Shown: positions 37,501 through 47,964, counted from the first letter of the stretch. The stretch: DNA of 55,610 bases from an uncultured virus (IMG/VR IMGVR_UViG_3300003394_000004) (IMGVR_UViG_3300003394_000004:62001-117610), one strand, 5' to 3'. Translations and numbers: made by a program. Notes: generated by a model not told the origin, from the letters alone.

Positions 37501-38718
37501 ATGAATCTTGTATCGTATAAAGAAATAATTGATAAAATTAATTTATTTCCTGTTGACTCAAATCAACGAGAAATAAATGTCTATGAATTAAAAAATGTAA
37601 TCCCAACTGGAGAATCCTTATTTTATCCAAACATTTTTTTTATTTCAAATGAAACAAATCAAATAGTTAATCCTATTCAAGAAACCACAATGTCTTTGAA
37701 AGGAATTTCAAAAGATATTAAATTTGATGAGGAAAAAACAACTAAAAATTTTGAGTCAGAAAGTTTATTCTACTTTATTTATAATACCGATAATTATTTT
37801 CATTTTGTTTATGACACATTACCATATTTGATAAGTTTTATGGAAATGAAGAAAACAAAACCAAATTTAAAACTATTAATGAATTATCCAAATCCCAATA
37901 AAAAAGAACATTATAGATTTGTTTCTGAGTTTTTAGATATACTGGGAATTACAGATAATGATATTAAAATAATAGATGAAAATACTGAGTACTCATCAAT
38001 TTTAGTATCAACATCATATACACACGATTTTGATTCTAATTTACCCCCAAGAAATGAAATTTATGATTTATATCGTAAAATTGTTAAGAGAGTGAGTAAA
38101 GATACTAATCAAGAAAATTTACCTAAGAAAGTTTATATTTCACGAAGAAGTTGGTTACATGGTGATTTTAGTAATATAGGTACAAACTACACAACTAAAC
38201 GTAAATTAGTCAACGAAGATTCTTTGGTTAATTTTTTAATTGAAAATGGTTTTACAGAGGTATTCACAGAAAACATGACAACTACGGAAAAAATACTTTT
38301 ATTTGCCAATGTTGAAGAAGTTGTTGGTGCAATAGGTGGTGGTATTTGTAATGTTTTATTTTCCAAAAAAAGTTGTAATTTAACAGCCATCATATCTCCA
38401 TTTTTTTTAGATATAAATAAACGTTTTTTATATTCATTAAATAAAGTTAATTTAAACTTATTTGATAACACATCACACACAGAAAATGGTGAGTTTAAAA
38501 CATACATGAGAGTGAAGGTTGATAATATTGTCGGGGAGATAACCCAAGTGGAAAATGATTGTCTAACTATTTCATATAGTGATACTATGTTAACCGCTTG
38601 GAATAATGATACCAAATATTTGAGTAAACAAGTTAATCCAAAAGATTGTATTAAATTAGATGGTGGATTAAATTCACCATGGGAAATAAATTTAGATAGT
38701 TTTAAAACTAATTTTTAA
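37501..38718 (+). CDS. GT61 (DUF563) glycosyltransferase
   Basis: NYFHFVYDTLP, KVYISRR, RKLVNE and LFAN.EEVVGAIGGGICNVLF. Confidence 0.85.
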   Translation: MNLVSYKEIIDKINLFPVDSNQREINVYELKNVIPTGESLFYPNIFFISNETNQIVNPIQETTMSLKGISKDIKFDEEKTTKNFESESLFYFIYNTDNYFHFVYDTLPYLISFMEMKKTKPNLKLLMNYPNPNKKEHYRFVSEFLDILGITDNDIKIIDENTEYSSILVSTSYTHDFDSNLPPRNEIYDLYRKIVKRVSKDTNQENLPKKVYISRRSWLHGDFSNIGTNYTTKRKLVNEDSLVNFLIENGFTEVFTENMTTTEKILLFANVEEVVGAIGGGICNVLFSKKSCNLTAIISPFFLDINKRFLYSLNKVNLNLFDNTSHTENGEFKTYMRVKVDNIVGEITQVENDCLTISYSDTMLTAWNNDTKYLSKQVNPKDCIKLDGGLNSPWEINLDSFKTNF

Positions 38719-38728
38719 TAGTAAAACG

Positions 38729-40177
38729 ATGAAGGTTGCGTTATTAATTTCAGGTTATCTTAGAAATTACCAAGAAAATATTAATTTTATTAAAGAAGAA
38801 ATTATTAATAACTTTGTAAACGTTGATGTTTATCTTCACATAACTAATAATGAAAATTTAGAGGATAAATATTTTAATCAAATTAGTGAATCTGATTTAA
38901 ATCATATCAAAAATCTTTTAAATCCTATTACAACCCTTGTTGAAGATAATATCTTTTACGATGAGAATAAAAAAATTAACAATGTAATAAATCATTGGTC
39001 AAAACTTTATAAGTTAAATGAAATAAGAAAAATAAATGAGGATTTGTCGGGAAAAGAATATGATTTAGTAATACGACTTAGACCTGATTTATTAATTAAG
39101 TCTACCAATTTTTTTAATTTTGAAAAGGATTCTTTGTTTATTCCTGAAGATAGTAAAATAGACAAATTAAAGTTAGAAACCCCAACGGACAATTACATTT
39201 GTGATGCGTTTGCTTTTGGAAGTTCCAAAATAATGAACAATTATTTTAACATTTATAACAACATTCAGAATTTAATTAGTTTATACGGTACTTGTCCTGA
39301 AACATTACTTTATGAATATTTGAATTCAAATAAAATTAACTATACGTTGTTTGATTTAGATTATAGTTTTATTTTATCAAAATGTAATGTTTTTGCCATT
39401 TGTGGTGACTCTGGTTCGGGAAAATCCACATTAAGTAATTTATTAAAAATTTCTTTTACGGATTCCTTTTTGTTAGAATGTGATAGATATCACAAATGGG
39501 AAAGAACAAATAACAATTGGAAAACTTACACTCATTTAAATCCAAATGCAAATCATATTACAAAAATGAGTGAGGATATTTTCAATTTAAAAGTTGGAAA
39601 TGAAATTTACCAAGTTGATTATGACCATTCAACCGGAAAATTTACAGAAAAAAAACCAATTTCACCATCAAACAATTTAATTGTCTGTGGACTTCATAGT
39701 TTATTTAATCAATCTGAAAACAATCTTTATGATTTAAAAATTTATATGGATACTGATGATTTATTAAAAAAGAAGTGGAAAATATCACGTGATGTTAAAG
39801 AGAGAGGATATACTCCTGACCAAGTTTTATCTAATATAAAAAATAGAGAATCTGATTTTGAACAATTTATATTACCCCAAAAAGACAATGCCGATGTTAT
39901 AATAAAATTTTTCACAATTGATGATATTGACTTACAAAATTTGAACGTTAATCCTAAATTAAGTTTAGAACTATTAATTGACAAATCATTTAATATTAAA
40001 CATATATTAAAAAAATTATCCGACAATAAAATTGAATTTGATTTACAAGACGAAAATAGATTTAACAAGGTAACATTCTTAAATTATAAAAGATTAATCT
40101 TTTTTGATATAAATAAGAATTACACTTTTTATGACTATATATTATATTTTATATTGAATCTTAACTATAATGGTTAA
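38729..40177 (+). CDS. Fusion of a putative glycosyltransferase domain and a phosphoribulokinase/uridine kinase-family domain
   Basis: N-terminus KVALLISGYLR, YDLVIRLRPD, DAFAFG. C-terminus AICGDSGSGKST, DRYH, YDHSTGKF, GLH, RDVKERGY, PQK..AD. Confidence 0.8.
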   Translation: MKVALLISGYLRNYQENINFIKEEIINNFVNVDVYLHITNNENLEDKYFNQISESDLNHIKNLLNPITTLVEDNIFYDENKKINNVINHWSKLYKLNEIRKINEDLSGKEYDLVIRLRPDLLIKSTNFFNFEKDSLFIPEDSKIDKLKLETPTDNYICDAFAFGSSKIMNNYFNIYNNIQNLISLYGTCPETLLYEYLNSNKINYTLFDLDYSFILSKCNVFAICGDSGSGKSTLSNLLKISFTDSFLLECDRYHKWERTNNNWKTYTHLNPNANHITKMSEDIFNLKVGNEIYQVDYDHSTGKFTEKKPISPSNNLIVCGLHSLFNQSENNLYDLKIYMDTDDLLKKKWKISRDVKERGYTPDQVLSNIKNRESDFEQFILPQKDNADVIIKFFTIDDIDLQNLNVNPKLSLELLIDKSFNIKHILKKLSDNKIEFDLQDENRFNKVTFLNYKRLIFFDINKNYTFYDYILYFILNLNYNG

Positions 40178-40191
40178 AATAAGATATAATA

Positions 40192-40866
40192 ATGAAAAAA
40201 ATATTAGAACTATCTAAATCTGTATCAAAACATTGTGTCGGTTTTGAAGGAAATGTTTCCTCTAAGTATAAAAATGGCTTAATTATTAAAGCAAGTGGGA
40301 CAAGATTAGAATCTCTCACAAAAAAAGATTTAGTCTTTTTTGATTTTAAAGGTAATCAATTAAATAATTTTAAAAAAAGAGGTAGTATGGAATTAAGTTT
40401 TCACACCTACCTATTAAGTTTTGATGACATTAATTATGTTTCTCACACACACCCATCAAATACTGTAAAAATTTTATGTAGTGAGTTAAGTAAAACATTT
40501 GCACAAAACAGATTATTTCCTGACCAAGTTATTTTTAATGGTACTAAATCTTGTTTTGTACCATATGCTAAACCTGGTGAAGAATTAACAAATGTTATTA
40601 AAGATTGTATTAATCTTTTTATTAAAGAAGAAAAATATTTTCCTAAATTAATATTACTACAAAATCATGGTATTATTTGTTGTGGAGAAACAATTCAAGA
40701 ATGTATAATGTCTACAGATATTTGTGAAAAATCTGCCGAAATTTTTATTGGTAGTCACGTTTTAGGTAAGACACATTTTTTGAATGAAACTGAAGTTAAT
40801 AACCTAATTACTGATAAAAAAGAAATTTATAGACAAAACCTTATTAAACAAAATGGAAATAAATAA
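40192..40866 (+). CDS. Class II aldolase/adducin family protein
   Basis: EGNVS, IKASG, SMELSFH, HTHP and LQNHG. Confidence 0.9.
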   Translation: MKKILELSKSVSKHCVGFEGNVSSKYKNGLIIKASGTRLESLTKKDLVFFDFKGNQLNNFKKRGSMELSFHTYLLSFDDINYVSHTHPSNTVKILCSELSKTFAQNRLFPDQVIFNGTKSCFVPYAKPGEELTNVIKDCINLFIKEEKYFPKLILLQNHGIICCGETIQECIMSTDICEKSAEIFIGSHVLGKTHFLNETEVNNLITDKKEIYRQNLIKQNGNK

Positions 40867-41161
40867 AACAAGAGTCATTTATGTTGATATAGATGAAACA
40901 ATCTGTGAAACACCAGAACCTAGAAACTACTACAACGCCAAACCCATCAAAGAAAATATTGATAAAATTAATAGATTATATGATGATGGGAATACAATTG
41001 TATATTGGACAGCTCGTGGTAGTCGTACACAAATAAATTGGTATGATTTAACAAAAAAACAACTTAATGAGTGGGGTGCTAAACACCACGAATTAAATGT
41101 TACAAAACCTTATTACGATTTATTCATTGATGATAAAACACTTAGAATTGAAGAAATATGA
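40853..41161 (+). CDS. Small HAD phosphatase (capsule-biosynthesis type)
   Basis: YVDIDETIC, WTARG and KP.YDLFIDDK. Confidence 0.85.
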   Translation: MEINKTRVIYVDIDETICETPEPRNYYNAKPIKENIDKINRLYDDGNTIVYWTARGSRTQINWYDLTKKQLNEWGAKHHELNVTKPYYDLFIDDKTLRIEEI

Positions 41162-41631
41162 AATTAATTTCACATAGAGGTAATATGATTGGCCCTAATC
41201 CAAGTAGAGAAAATTCACCATCATATATTGATACCGCAATTTCTGCGGGTTATGATGTTGAGGTGGATATTAACTATTTAAACAATAAGTTTTTTTTAGG
41301 TCACGATACTCCTGATTATGAAATATCGGAAACTTGGATAGAAAAAAGAAAACATAAAATATGGTTTCATTGTAAAAATTTAAATGCAGCATCAAGATTG
41401 TGTGAATTACAGAAAAATTATGAAACACCATACATGTTTTTTTGTCATACATCAGATAATTTTGTGTTAACAAGCACTAACCATATTTGGGTTCATGATT
41501 TAGAACTTAACTTAAATGATAAATGTATAATTCCGTTATTAAGTGATACTGACCTTATATCTACCACAACAAAAAATGTATACGCAATTTGTACTGACTA
41601 TATAAACATATCTAAATCTATTTATACTTAA
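41158..41631 (+). CDS. Glycerophosphodiester phosphodiesterase-like (PLC-like) protein
   Basis: ISHRGN, ENSP, DVEVD, LGHD, HCKN and AICTD. Confidence 0.75.
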   Translation: MKLISHRGNMIGPNPSRENSPSYIDTAISAGYDVEVDINYLNNKFFLGHDTPDYEISETWIEKRKHKIWFHCKNLNAASRLCELQKNYETPYMFFCHTSDNFVLTSTNHIWVHDLELNLNDKCIIPLLSDTDLISTTTKNVYAICTDYINISKSIYT

Positions 41632-41635
41632 TATT

Positions 41636-42361
41636 ATGATAAGTATTGTTACTGGAACACTTGAACGATTGGAATTTTTACCAGATTTAATTAAAAATAC
41701 CGTTGATTCACACGAAAAATTAGAATTGGTATTAGTTGATGGAGGAGAATTAAATAATCCAACATCCACATATATAAAACAATTAAACCACCCAAGGATA
41801 AAGTTAATTGAAGTTGGTGGAAGAAGTAGTTATCCTGACTTTATGAAGTTAGGTATTGAACAGGCTACTCATGAATTAGTCTGTCAATGGAATGATGATG
41901 TTTTATTAGTTAATTCATGGGATGACGTAATTTCAGAAATTGAAGACGGATACGATTTTTATTTATTCAATTGGAAATATGGTCATAGAACTGACGTGTC
42001 AGACGATGATTGGATAACAGGTCGTTACCATGAAAATCAAAAGAATAAAGGGTGGTGTATTGTTGATGAATATGACACTATTGGTGAAATAACCATGAAT
42101 TATGGAATTTATAGAAAAAACATTTTTAGAGAAATTGGTATGTATCACCCCGACTTTAAATATTATTATGCCGATTCAGATATGTCCATAAGAGCACATT
42201 TATTTGGTTATAAGCATAAGGCATTAACCCACATAAAGGTATGTAGTTTATGTCCTGAAAAAAAGGCCATTCATTATAATTCTGATTATTCAACTTGGGT
42301 TAATTTACACAATGAATACAAAAATAAATTTTTAAATGATAGACACACATTTTTAACATGA
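41636..42361 (+). CDS. GT2-like glycosyltransferase
   Basis: ISIVTGT, LVLVDGG, WNDD and YYADSD. Confidence 0.8.
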   Translation: MISIVTGTLERLEFLPDLIKNTVDSHEKLELVLVDGGELNNPTSTYIKQLNHPRIKLIEVGGRSSYPDFMKLGIEQATHELVCQWNDDVLLVNSWDDVISEIEDGYDFYLFNWKYGHRTDVSDDDWITGRYHENQKNKGWCIVDEYDTIGEITMNYGIYRKNIFREIGMYHPDFKYYYADSDMSIRAHLFGYKHKALTHIKVCSLCPEKKAIHYNSDYSTWVNLHNEYKNKFLNDRHTFLT

Positions 42362-43068
42362 AACGAGTAATATCTTTTTGTTTGTATAAAGCACCCTTAG
42401 ATTGGGAAAGAGTTATGGAAACAAATCACAACAAATACATTAGTGGATTGTATCAAAACATTAATTTAATTCAAAAGTACTATCCAAATTGGCACATTTA
42501 CTTATATCATAACGAGTTATTTGATATTTCTGAAATTCAAAAAAATATTGATTATGATAAACTTGAATTCAAGTTAATTACAAATCCTTTAATAAGTGCC
42601 ATGCAATGGAGATTTTTACCAAATGATGATGAAGATGTTGAGTTATTTATTGTTCGTGATATTGATTCTAGAATTACTGAAAGAGAAAAAGTGTCTGTTG
42701 ATGAGTGGGTTGAAAGTGAAAAAATACTACACATAATGAGAGACCATCCACACCACGGATACCATATTTTAGGTGGGATGTGGGGTATGAGAAGACAACC
42801 AAATTTTAATATGGAAAGTTCCTGCATAGAATACAATACATCTAAAAATTATAGGGTAGATGTTGATTGGTATGAAAAATGGTGGGATATGCATTTTCTT
42901 AGAGACATTATTTACCCAAATTATATTGATAGTTCTTATGTGAATTCTTCATTTCACGCCATGGAACCATGGAGTAAACCATTTTCTTTAGAAAGAGATG
43001 ATAGTAAATTTGTTGGTGAAATTTATTTAGATACAGATAAAAGAGATTATCATTATACTTTATTATGA
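42358..43068 (+). CDS. Uncharacterised putative GT-A protein (paralogue of 20387..21046)
   Basis: ISFCLY, MQWRF, VRDIDSR, MRDHPHH and ILGGMWG. Confidence 0.6.
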   Translation: MKRVISFCLYKAPLDWERVMETNHNKYISGLYQNINLIQKYYPNWHIYLYHNELFDISEIQKNIDYDKLEFKLITNPLISAMQWRFLPNDDEDVELFIVRDIDSRITEREKVSVDEWVESEKILHIMRDHPHHGYHILGGMWGMRRQPNFNMESSCIEYNTSKNYRVDVDWYEKWWDMHFLRDIIYPNYIDSSYVNSSFHAMEPWSKPFSLERDDSKFVGEIYLDTDKRDYHYTLL

Positions 43069-43745
43069 AAATATTAGTTACAATTATTTCATCTGAAAAA
43101 CACTTAGATTCTAGAATTAAAATTATTCAAGATACTTGGTTAAAAGATTTTGAAAATTATTTAATAATTTCAGATTATGATGATAAAGAAAATCATACCG
43201 TAAAAGTTACGGATAATAAAACTTATGAAAGTGCCCCTGAAAAAAATTTAAAATCTTTTGTTTATCTATTTGAAAACTGTAAAGATTTTGATTGGTTTAT
43301 TAATGTTGATGACGATAGTTTTGTTAACTATAAAAATTTAATTGAACTGGTCAAAACACTTCCCACAGATGAAATTGTAAAAATAGGTCGTTTGAATGAG
43401 AATAGTGCTGGTTTTGGTATAAACTATCATTCAGGTGGTGCTGGAACATTATTTAATTTTAAAGCCTTAGAGATTCTAAAAAACGCATACCCTTCGGGTA
43501 AATACGGTTATTTCCGTGAAGAAAATGGGGATTATAATGCCAAACAAACACCATATGCAGATGCGAATGTTGGTATTTTTTGTTCGGACAATAATATTGA
43601 ACAAATCAATAGTTCATTATTCAATCCAAGAGAACCCAAATATTGGAACTATACTAACGAAGAAATAAAAAAACAAATTACTTTTCATTATATTTTTGGT
43701 GATGAGTACTATAAACTATATGATATAATACACGAAAATGACTGA
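43065..43745 (+). CDS. Fringe/GT31-like glycosyltransferase
   Basis: DTWLK, WFINVDDDSFVN, YHSGGAG, ADANVG and ITFHY. Confidence 0.82.
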   Translation: MKILVTIISSEKHLDSRIKIIQDTWLKDFENYLIISDYDDKENHTVKVTDNKTYESAPEKNLKSFVYLFENCKDFDWFINVDDDSFVNYKNLIELVKTLPTDEIVKIGRLNENSAGFGINYHSGGAGTLFNFKALEILKNAYPSGKYGYFREENGDYNAKQTPYADANVGIFCSDNNIEQINSSLFNPREPKYWNYTNEEIKKQITFHYIFGDEYYKLYDIIHEND

Positions 43746-44295
43746 ATTAATTGAGTTGCATGAAGCAACATGTAGAAACTCAACCTACAAACAAGGGTTG
43801 ATTGATTTAATAAACGATTTAGACAATAAAATTACAAACATGGTTGAAGTTGGTTCCTACCAAGGTGAATCAACAATCATTTTTGCGGATAATATAAATG
43901 GACTACAGGAGTTACATGCAATTGACCCATGGTCCAATGGATACGCACCAGGTGATGCTTGCTCAGATAAATACCCAATGAGCGTTGTTGAATCTAATTT
44001 TGATATTAGAACAAAAAATTTTAGTGTTATTAAAAAACATAAAACAACTTCTAAGGAATTTGTTAAAGAAATTGCCGATGGTTCATTAGATTTTGTATAT
44101 ATTGATGGTGACCATTCGTATAATTCTTGTAAAGAAGATATTAATATGTGGCTACCCAAAATAAAACAAGGCGGTATTATTGCAGGTCACGATTATTTAG
44201 AAGCATGTTTTATGGGTGTTGTAAATGCGGTTAATGAAACTTTTGGTAAACCCGACAAAACATATAATGACACTAGCTGGTTAAAATTTTTATAA
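43738..44295 (+). CDS. Class I SAM methyltransferase (Methyltransf_24-like)
   Basis: VEVGSYQGES, IDPW, DFVYIDGDHSY and GGIIAGHDY. Confidence 0.9.
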   Translation: MTELIELHEATCRNSTYKQGLIDLINDLDNKITNMVEVGSYQGESTIIFADNINGLQELHAIDPWSNGYAPGDACSDKYPMSVVESNFDIRTKNFSVIKKHKTTSKEFVKEIADGSLDFVYIDGDHSYNSCKEDINMWLPKIKQGGIIAGHDYLEACFMGVVNAVNETFGKPDKTYNDTSWLKFL

Positions 44296-44296
44296 A

Positions 44297-45043
44297 ATGA
44301 ATAATACAGGAACAATTTTATTTCACCAAGGTTTTACAGATGTAATTAACTGTCTCCCATTGGTTAATATTCTTTCAAAGAAATTTAATAAAATTAATTT
44401 ATTAATGAGAAACGATTTTAAGGAGATAATTGATTTTTACTTAAAATCTTTACCAAATGTGACCGCATGTTATGTTGATAAATCTCAAATTGATAATAAT
44501 TTATCATCTCTTTTAAACGACTACCGTCACAATAATTCATTATTAATTTTTGGTATGTTTGATGGTTATAGAAATGATTCTTATCAAGGAGCATTTAGTA
44601 ATAGAGACCATAATCTTTTTTTTGTTGAGAAATTTTATAAATCATATGGGATTGATTACTCTGAAAGAGTGTCAATGTTTGAGTTTGATAGAGATTTAAA
44701 CTTAGAAGAATCTACATATTCAAAATTTGTTGCGGAACATGGTAATGATTATGTGTTATACCATGGATTAAATGATAGTATTATTTCAAGTATTAGAGAT
44801 AAACATCCTACAAGTAAATTAGTTGATTTAAATAAGTCAACAAACACTTTTTTTGACTATATTAAAATACTTCAAAACGCAAAAGATATTCATGTGTTGG
44901 ATTCTGTATGGGGAGCGTTTTTATATCAAGTAGATAGTAAATATGAATTATTTAATCATATTACAATATCAACATATTGTTTACGTGGTTATAAAGAAAT
45001 GTTTCTTAAACCAAAAACTTTAACAAATTGGCAAATTATTTAA
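44297..45043 (+). CDS. Putative GT-B-type glycosyltransferase (paralogue of 46125..46946)
   Basis: HQGFTD, YVLYH, NAKDIHVLDS and terminal NWQI. Confidence 0.5.
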   Translation: MNNTGTILFHQGFTDVINCLPLVNILSKKFNKINLLMRNDFKEIIDFYLKSLPNVTACYVDKSQIDNNLSSLLNDYRHNNSLLIFGMFDGYRNDSYQGAFSNRDHNLFFVEKFYKSYGIDYSERVSMFEFDRDLNLEESTYSKFVAEHGNDYVLYHGLNDSIISSIRDKHPTSKLVDLNKSTNTFFDYIKILQNAKDIHVLDSVWGAFLYQVDSKYELFNHITISTYCLRGYKEMFLKPKTLTNWQII

Positions 45044-45049
45044 ATTAAT

Positions 45050-46123
45050 ATGAAAAAAATTTTAGTATTAGGTGGTGGTGGATTTATCGGTGGACACCTC
45101 GCAAAAAAATTAAAAGATGAGGGGTGTTGGGTCAGAATATGTGATGTAAAAAAACACGAATACTTTCAAGAAAATGAAATTTGTCATGAATTTGTACAGG
45201 GAGACTTAAAAGATATTAATGTTGTTAAAAACGTTTTACTTTCTCCTGACCAAAAAATTATAACAAAATTTGTTGATTTTGAAAATCATATTGATGAGGT
45301 AATTGGTGATTCATTTGATGAAGTTTATCAATTGGCGGCAGATATGGGTGGTGCGGCATACATTTTTACTGGTGAAAATGATGCAAACGTTATGCATAAT
45401 TCATCTTTAATAAATTTAAATGTATTAAATGAGTCGGTTAAATACGATATAAAGAAAATATTCTATTCATCTTCTGCGTGTATGTATCCTGAACATAATC
45501 AATTAGACCCAAACAATCCAAACTGTGAAGAGTCTTCAGCCTATCCAGCAAATCCTGATTCAGAATATGGGTGGGAAAAATTATTTTCAGAAAGATTGTT
45601 TTTAGCTTATCATAGAAATTATAATCTAAATGTACGAATTGGTAGATTTCATAATGTTTTTGGTCCTATGGGTACTTGGAAAGGTGGTAAAGAAAAATCC
45701 CCTGCGGCTATGTGTAGAAAGGTTTCTGAATGTGAAGATAATGGTTCTATTGAAGTGTGGGGTGATGGTCAACAAACACGCTCGTTTTTATTTATAGATG
45801 AGTGTTTAGAGGCCGTAGAACGTTTGATGAATAGTGATTTTATGGAACCCGTAAATATAGGAAGTGAAGAGATGGTAACAATAAATCAATTAGCCCAAAT
45901 GACAATTGATATATCTCAGAAAAATGTAAAAATAGACAATCTTTACGGTGATGAATTTTTAAATAAGTATGGATTTAAATGTCCATTAGGTGTGAAAGGT
46001 AGAAAATCGGATAATAAACTTTTTCGTAAAAAAATAGGATGGGAACCTTTCAAATTATTAATTGATGGTCTTAAAGAAACATATAACTGGGTTGACTATC
46101 AAGTAAAAAATAACACCAATTAA
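45050..46123 (+). CDS. GDP-mannose 3,5-epimerase-like extended SDR
   Basis: GGGGFIG, LAADMGG, YSSSACMYPE, YGWEKL, RFHNVFGP.GTW.GGKEKSPAA.CRK and WGDGQQTRSF. Confidence 0.88.
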   Translation: MKKILVLGGGGFIGGHLAKKLKDEGCWVRICDVKKHEYFQENEICHEFVQGDLKDINVVKNVLLSPDQKIITKFVDFENHIDEVIGDSFDEVYQLAADMGGAAYIFTGENDANVMHNSSLINLNVLNESVKYDIKKIFYSSSACMYPEHNQLDPNNPNCEESSAYPANPDSEYGWEKLFSERLFLAYHRNYNLNVRIGRFHNVFGPMGTWKGGKEKSPAAMCRKVSECEDNGSIEVWGDGQQTRSFLFIDECLEAVERLMNSDFMEPVNIGSEEMVTINQLAQMTIDISQKNVKIDNLYGDEFLNKYGFKCPLGVKGRKSDNKLFRKKIGWEPFKLLIDGLKETYNWVDYQVKNNTN

Positions 46124-46124
46124 T

Positions 46125-46946
46125 ATGAATAAGAAAGCAACAATAATGCATCACCAAGGATTTGGTGATTTATTTACAAATAATTCATTATGTAATTACT
46201 ATGCTAATTTGTACGATGAATTAATTATATTTGCATTAGACGAATCAAGAAGGATTGTTATTGAAGAAATGTATAAACACAAACCAAATATAAAATGTGT
46301 TATACCTAAATTAATTAACCAAAACATATACAATAGTTCTTGTTTGATTTGTATGCAATCAGACCATTATTCTTGTAGATATGATACAAAGTATGATACA
46401 CACAAATTTGTTGATTATTCAGAGTGGAGTGATTATGACAATATTAAAGTTGGTTGTTTTAAAGAAGATTATGAGTTATGGAAATCATTTTTAGGAAAAA
46501 ATATAAATAACAACATTTCTTTTTCACATTCTTTTTATTTGTTTGAAAATCTTGATTTAAAAGTTAGAGAAACTGAATTTTCTGTTTACAGAGATGACGA
46601 TAGTGAAAATAAAAAATATGAATTGTTACCTGAAAAAGATTACATTGTATTACATGATGATAGTCAAAGAGGGATAAATATTGATAAGTCTAAATTACCT
46701 AATGACATTTATGTCCACCAATTAAACGATGGTTCAAAAACTATGGTTGACCAAATTAAAATTTTAGAAAACGCAAAAGAAATTCATTTTATTGATTCAA
46801 GTTATTCAGTTTTGATTTATTTTTTATCTTTAACTAACGAAAAAATAAAACAAATCCCAAAGTATTTTCATTATTATGCTAACCAAAGAGAAGGTTACAC
46901 AATTTATGAAAATCCTATACCCGAAAATTGGCAAATACTTAAATAA
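46125..46946 (+). CDS. Putative GT-B-type glycosyltransferase (paralogue of 44297..45043)
   Basis: HQGFGD, YIVLHDD, NAKEIHFIDSS and terminal NWQIL. Confidence 0.5.
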   Translation: MNKKATIMHHQGFGDLFTNNSLCNYYANLYDELIIFALDESRRIVIEEMYKHKPNIKCVIPKLINQNIYNSSCLICMQSDHYSCRYDTKYDTHKFVDYSEWSDYDNIKVGCFKEDYELWKSFLGKNINNNISFSHSFYLFENLDLKVRETEFSVYRDDDSENKKYELLPEKDYIVLHDDSQRGINIDKSKLPNDIYVHQLNDGSKTMVDQIKILENAKEIHFIDSSYSVLIYFLSLTNEKIKQIPKYFHYYANQREGYTIYENPIPENWQILK

Positions 46947-46949
46947 TTT

Positions 46950-47960
46950 ATGAATAATAATACTTTAATATGGACTAACTCTCCACTATCTGGTTTGTGT
47001 GATAGACTTATTGATTTTTCTTTAATAGCAACATATGCTAAATTAAACAACTCAGATTTTAGTTCAAAATGGAAACCACTATATAGTAATCATGGGGATG
47101 GTAAATCTTACTATCACACAAAAGAAGATGATAACACAAGTTTAGACAATTTAAAATTAGATAATAGTGGTCACATCTGTAAATTTTTTAAAGATGTTAG
47201 ATATTCTGACTATAAACATGAAAATTTTTTAAAATATTTTGAATTACCTGAAAACACATTTATTGAAAAAAATGAATCGGATTTATTAAATTTATCATAT
47301 TTTGATGGGTATATTGGTGGAGTTGAATCACCAATAACGTTTTATCAAAAATACGTATTAAACGATAATTTAATTATGAGTTATTATTCCCCTTTTAAAA
47401 CAAATAAATTGGGAATAGATTTGAAGTCATTTATTGAAACTTTTTATACTGTCTGTAATAGTTTTAAACCAACAAAAAAACTTATAGATGTTTCAAAAGT
47501 AGATATTATTCCTGATTTAACAGTACACTTAAGAAGAGAAGATAAAGTAAGATTGTCTAAATTAAATAACGAGGTAATTGATTATAGAGAATTAAATGAT
47601 TTAAATGAATTAACTAAAATTGCTATTGATTCTTTTTTAGAAAAAAAACCAAACTCAAAAATTTTATTTTGTTCTGATGATGAGAAAGAAAAATTAAAAT
47701 GGGAAAATATGTATAAGGATTATTATTTAAAAACCCCATCATTTGAATTTGATTTTGAACAAACATATTATGATATGTATTTGATGTCCATTTCAAAAAA
47801 TGTTTTATTATCTCAAAGATATTCTGGTTTTTCTATGTTTTCATCCTTTATTAATAAAAACAATTTTGTATACCTTTTAGAAGATAGTCAAATTGTGTAT
47901 ACTAAGTGGTCGGAATTAGAAAATATCTATTACTATAAAGATTGGTTAAAATTACTTTAA
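46950..47960 (+). CDS. O-fucosyltransferase/NodZ/GT23-superfamily protein
   Basis: SGLCDRL, VHLRREDK, FCSDD, DMYLMS and SGFS correspond to fucosyltransferase motifs I-III. Confidence 0.7.
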   Translation: MNNNTLIWTNSPLSGLCDRLIDFSLIATYAKLNNSDFSSKWKPLYSNHGDGKSYYHTKEDDNTSLDNLKLDNSGHICKFFKDVRYSDYKHENFLKYFELPENTFIEKNESDLLNLSYFDGYIGGVESPITFYQKYVLNDNLIMSYYSPFKTNKLGIDLKSFIETFYTVCNSFKPTKKLIDVSKVDIIPDLTVHLRREDKVRLSKLNNEVIDYRELNDLNELTKIAIDSFLEKKPNSKILFCSDDEKEKLKWENMYKDYYLKTPSFEFDFEQTYYDMYLMSISKNVLLSQRYSGFSMFSSFINKNNFVYLLEDSQIVYTKWSELENIYYYKDWLKLL

Positions 47961-47964
47961 AAAA

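Noticed and set aside
39386..40177. Phosphoribulokinase as a Calvin-cycle auxiliary metabolic gene
   Set aside because: It is fused to a transferase-like domain inside a glycan operon, and there are no photosynthesis or carbon-fixation genes in the window.
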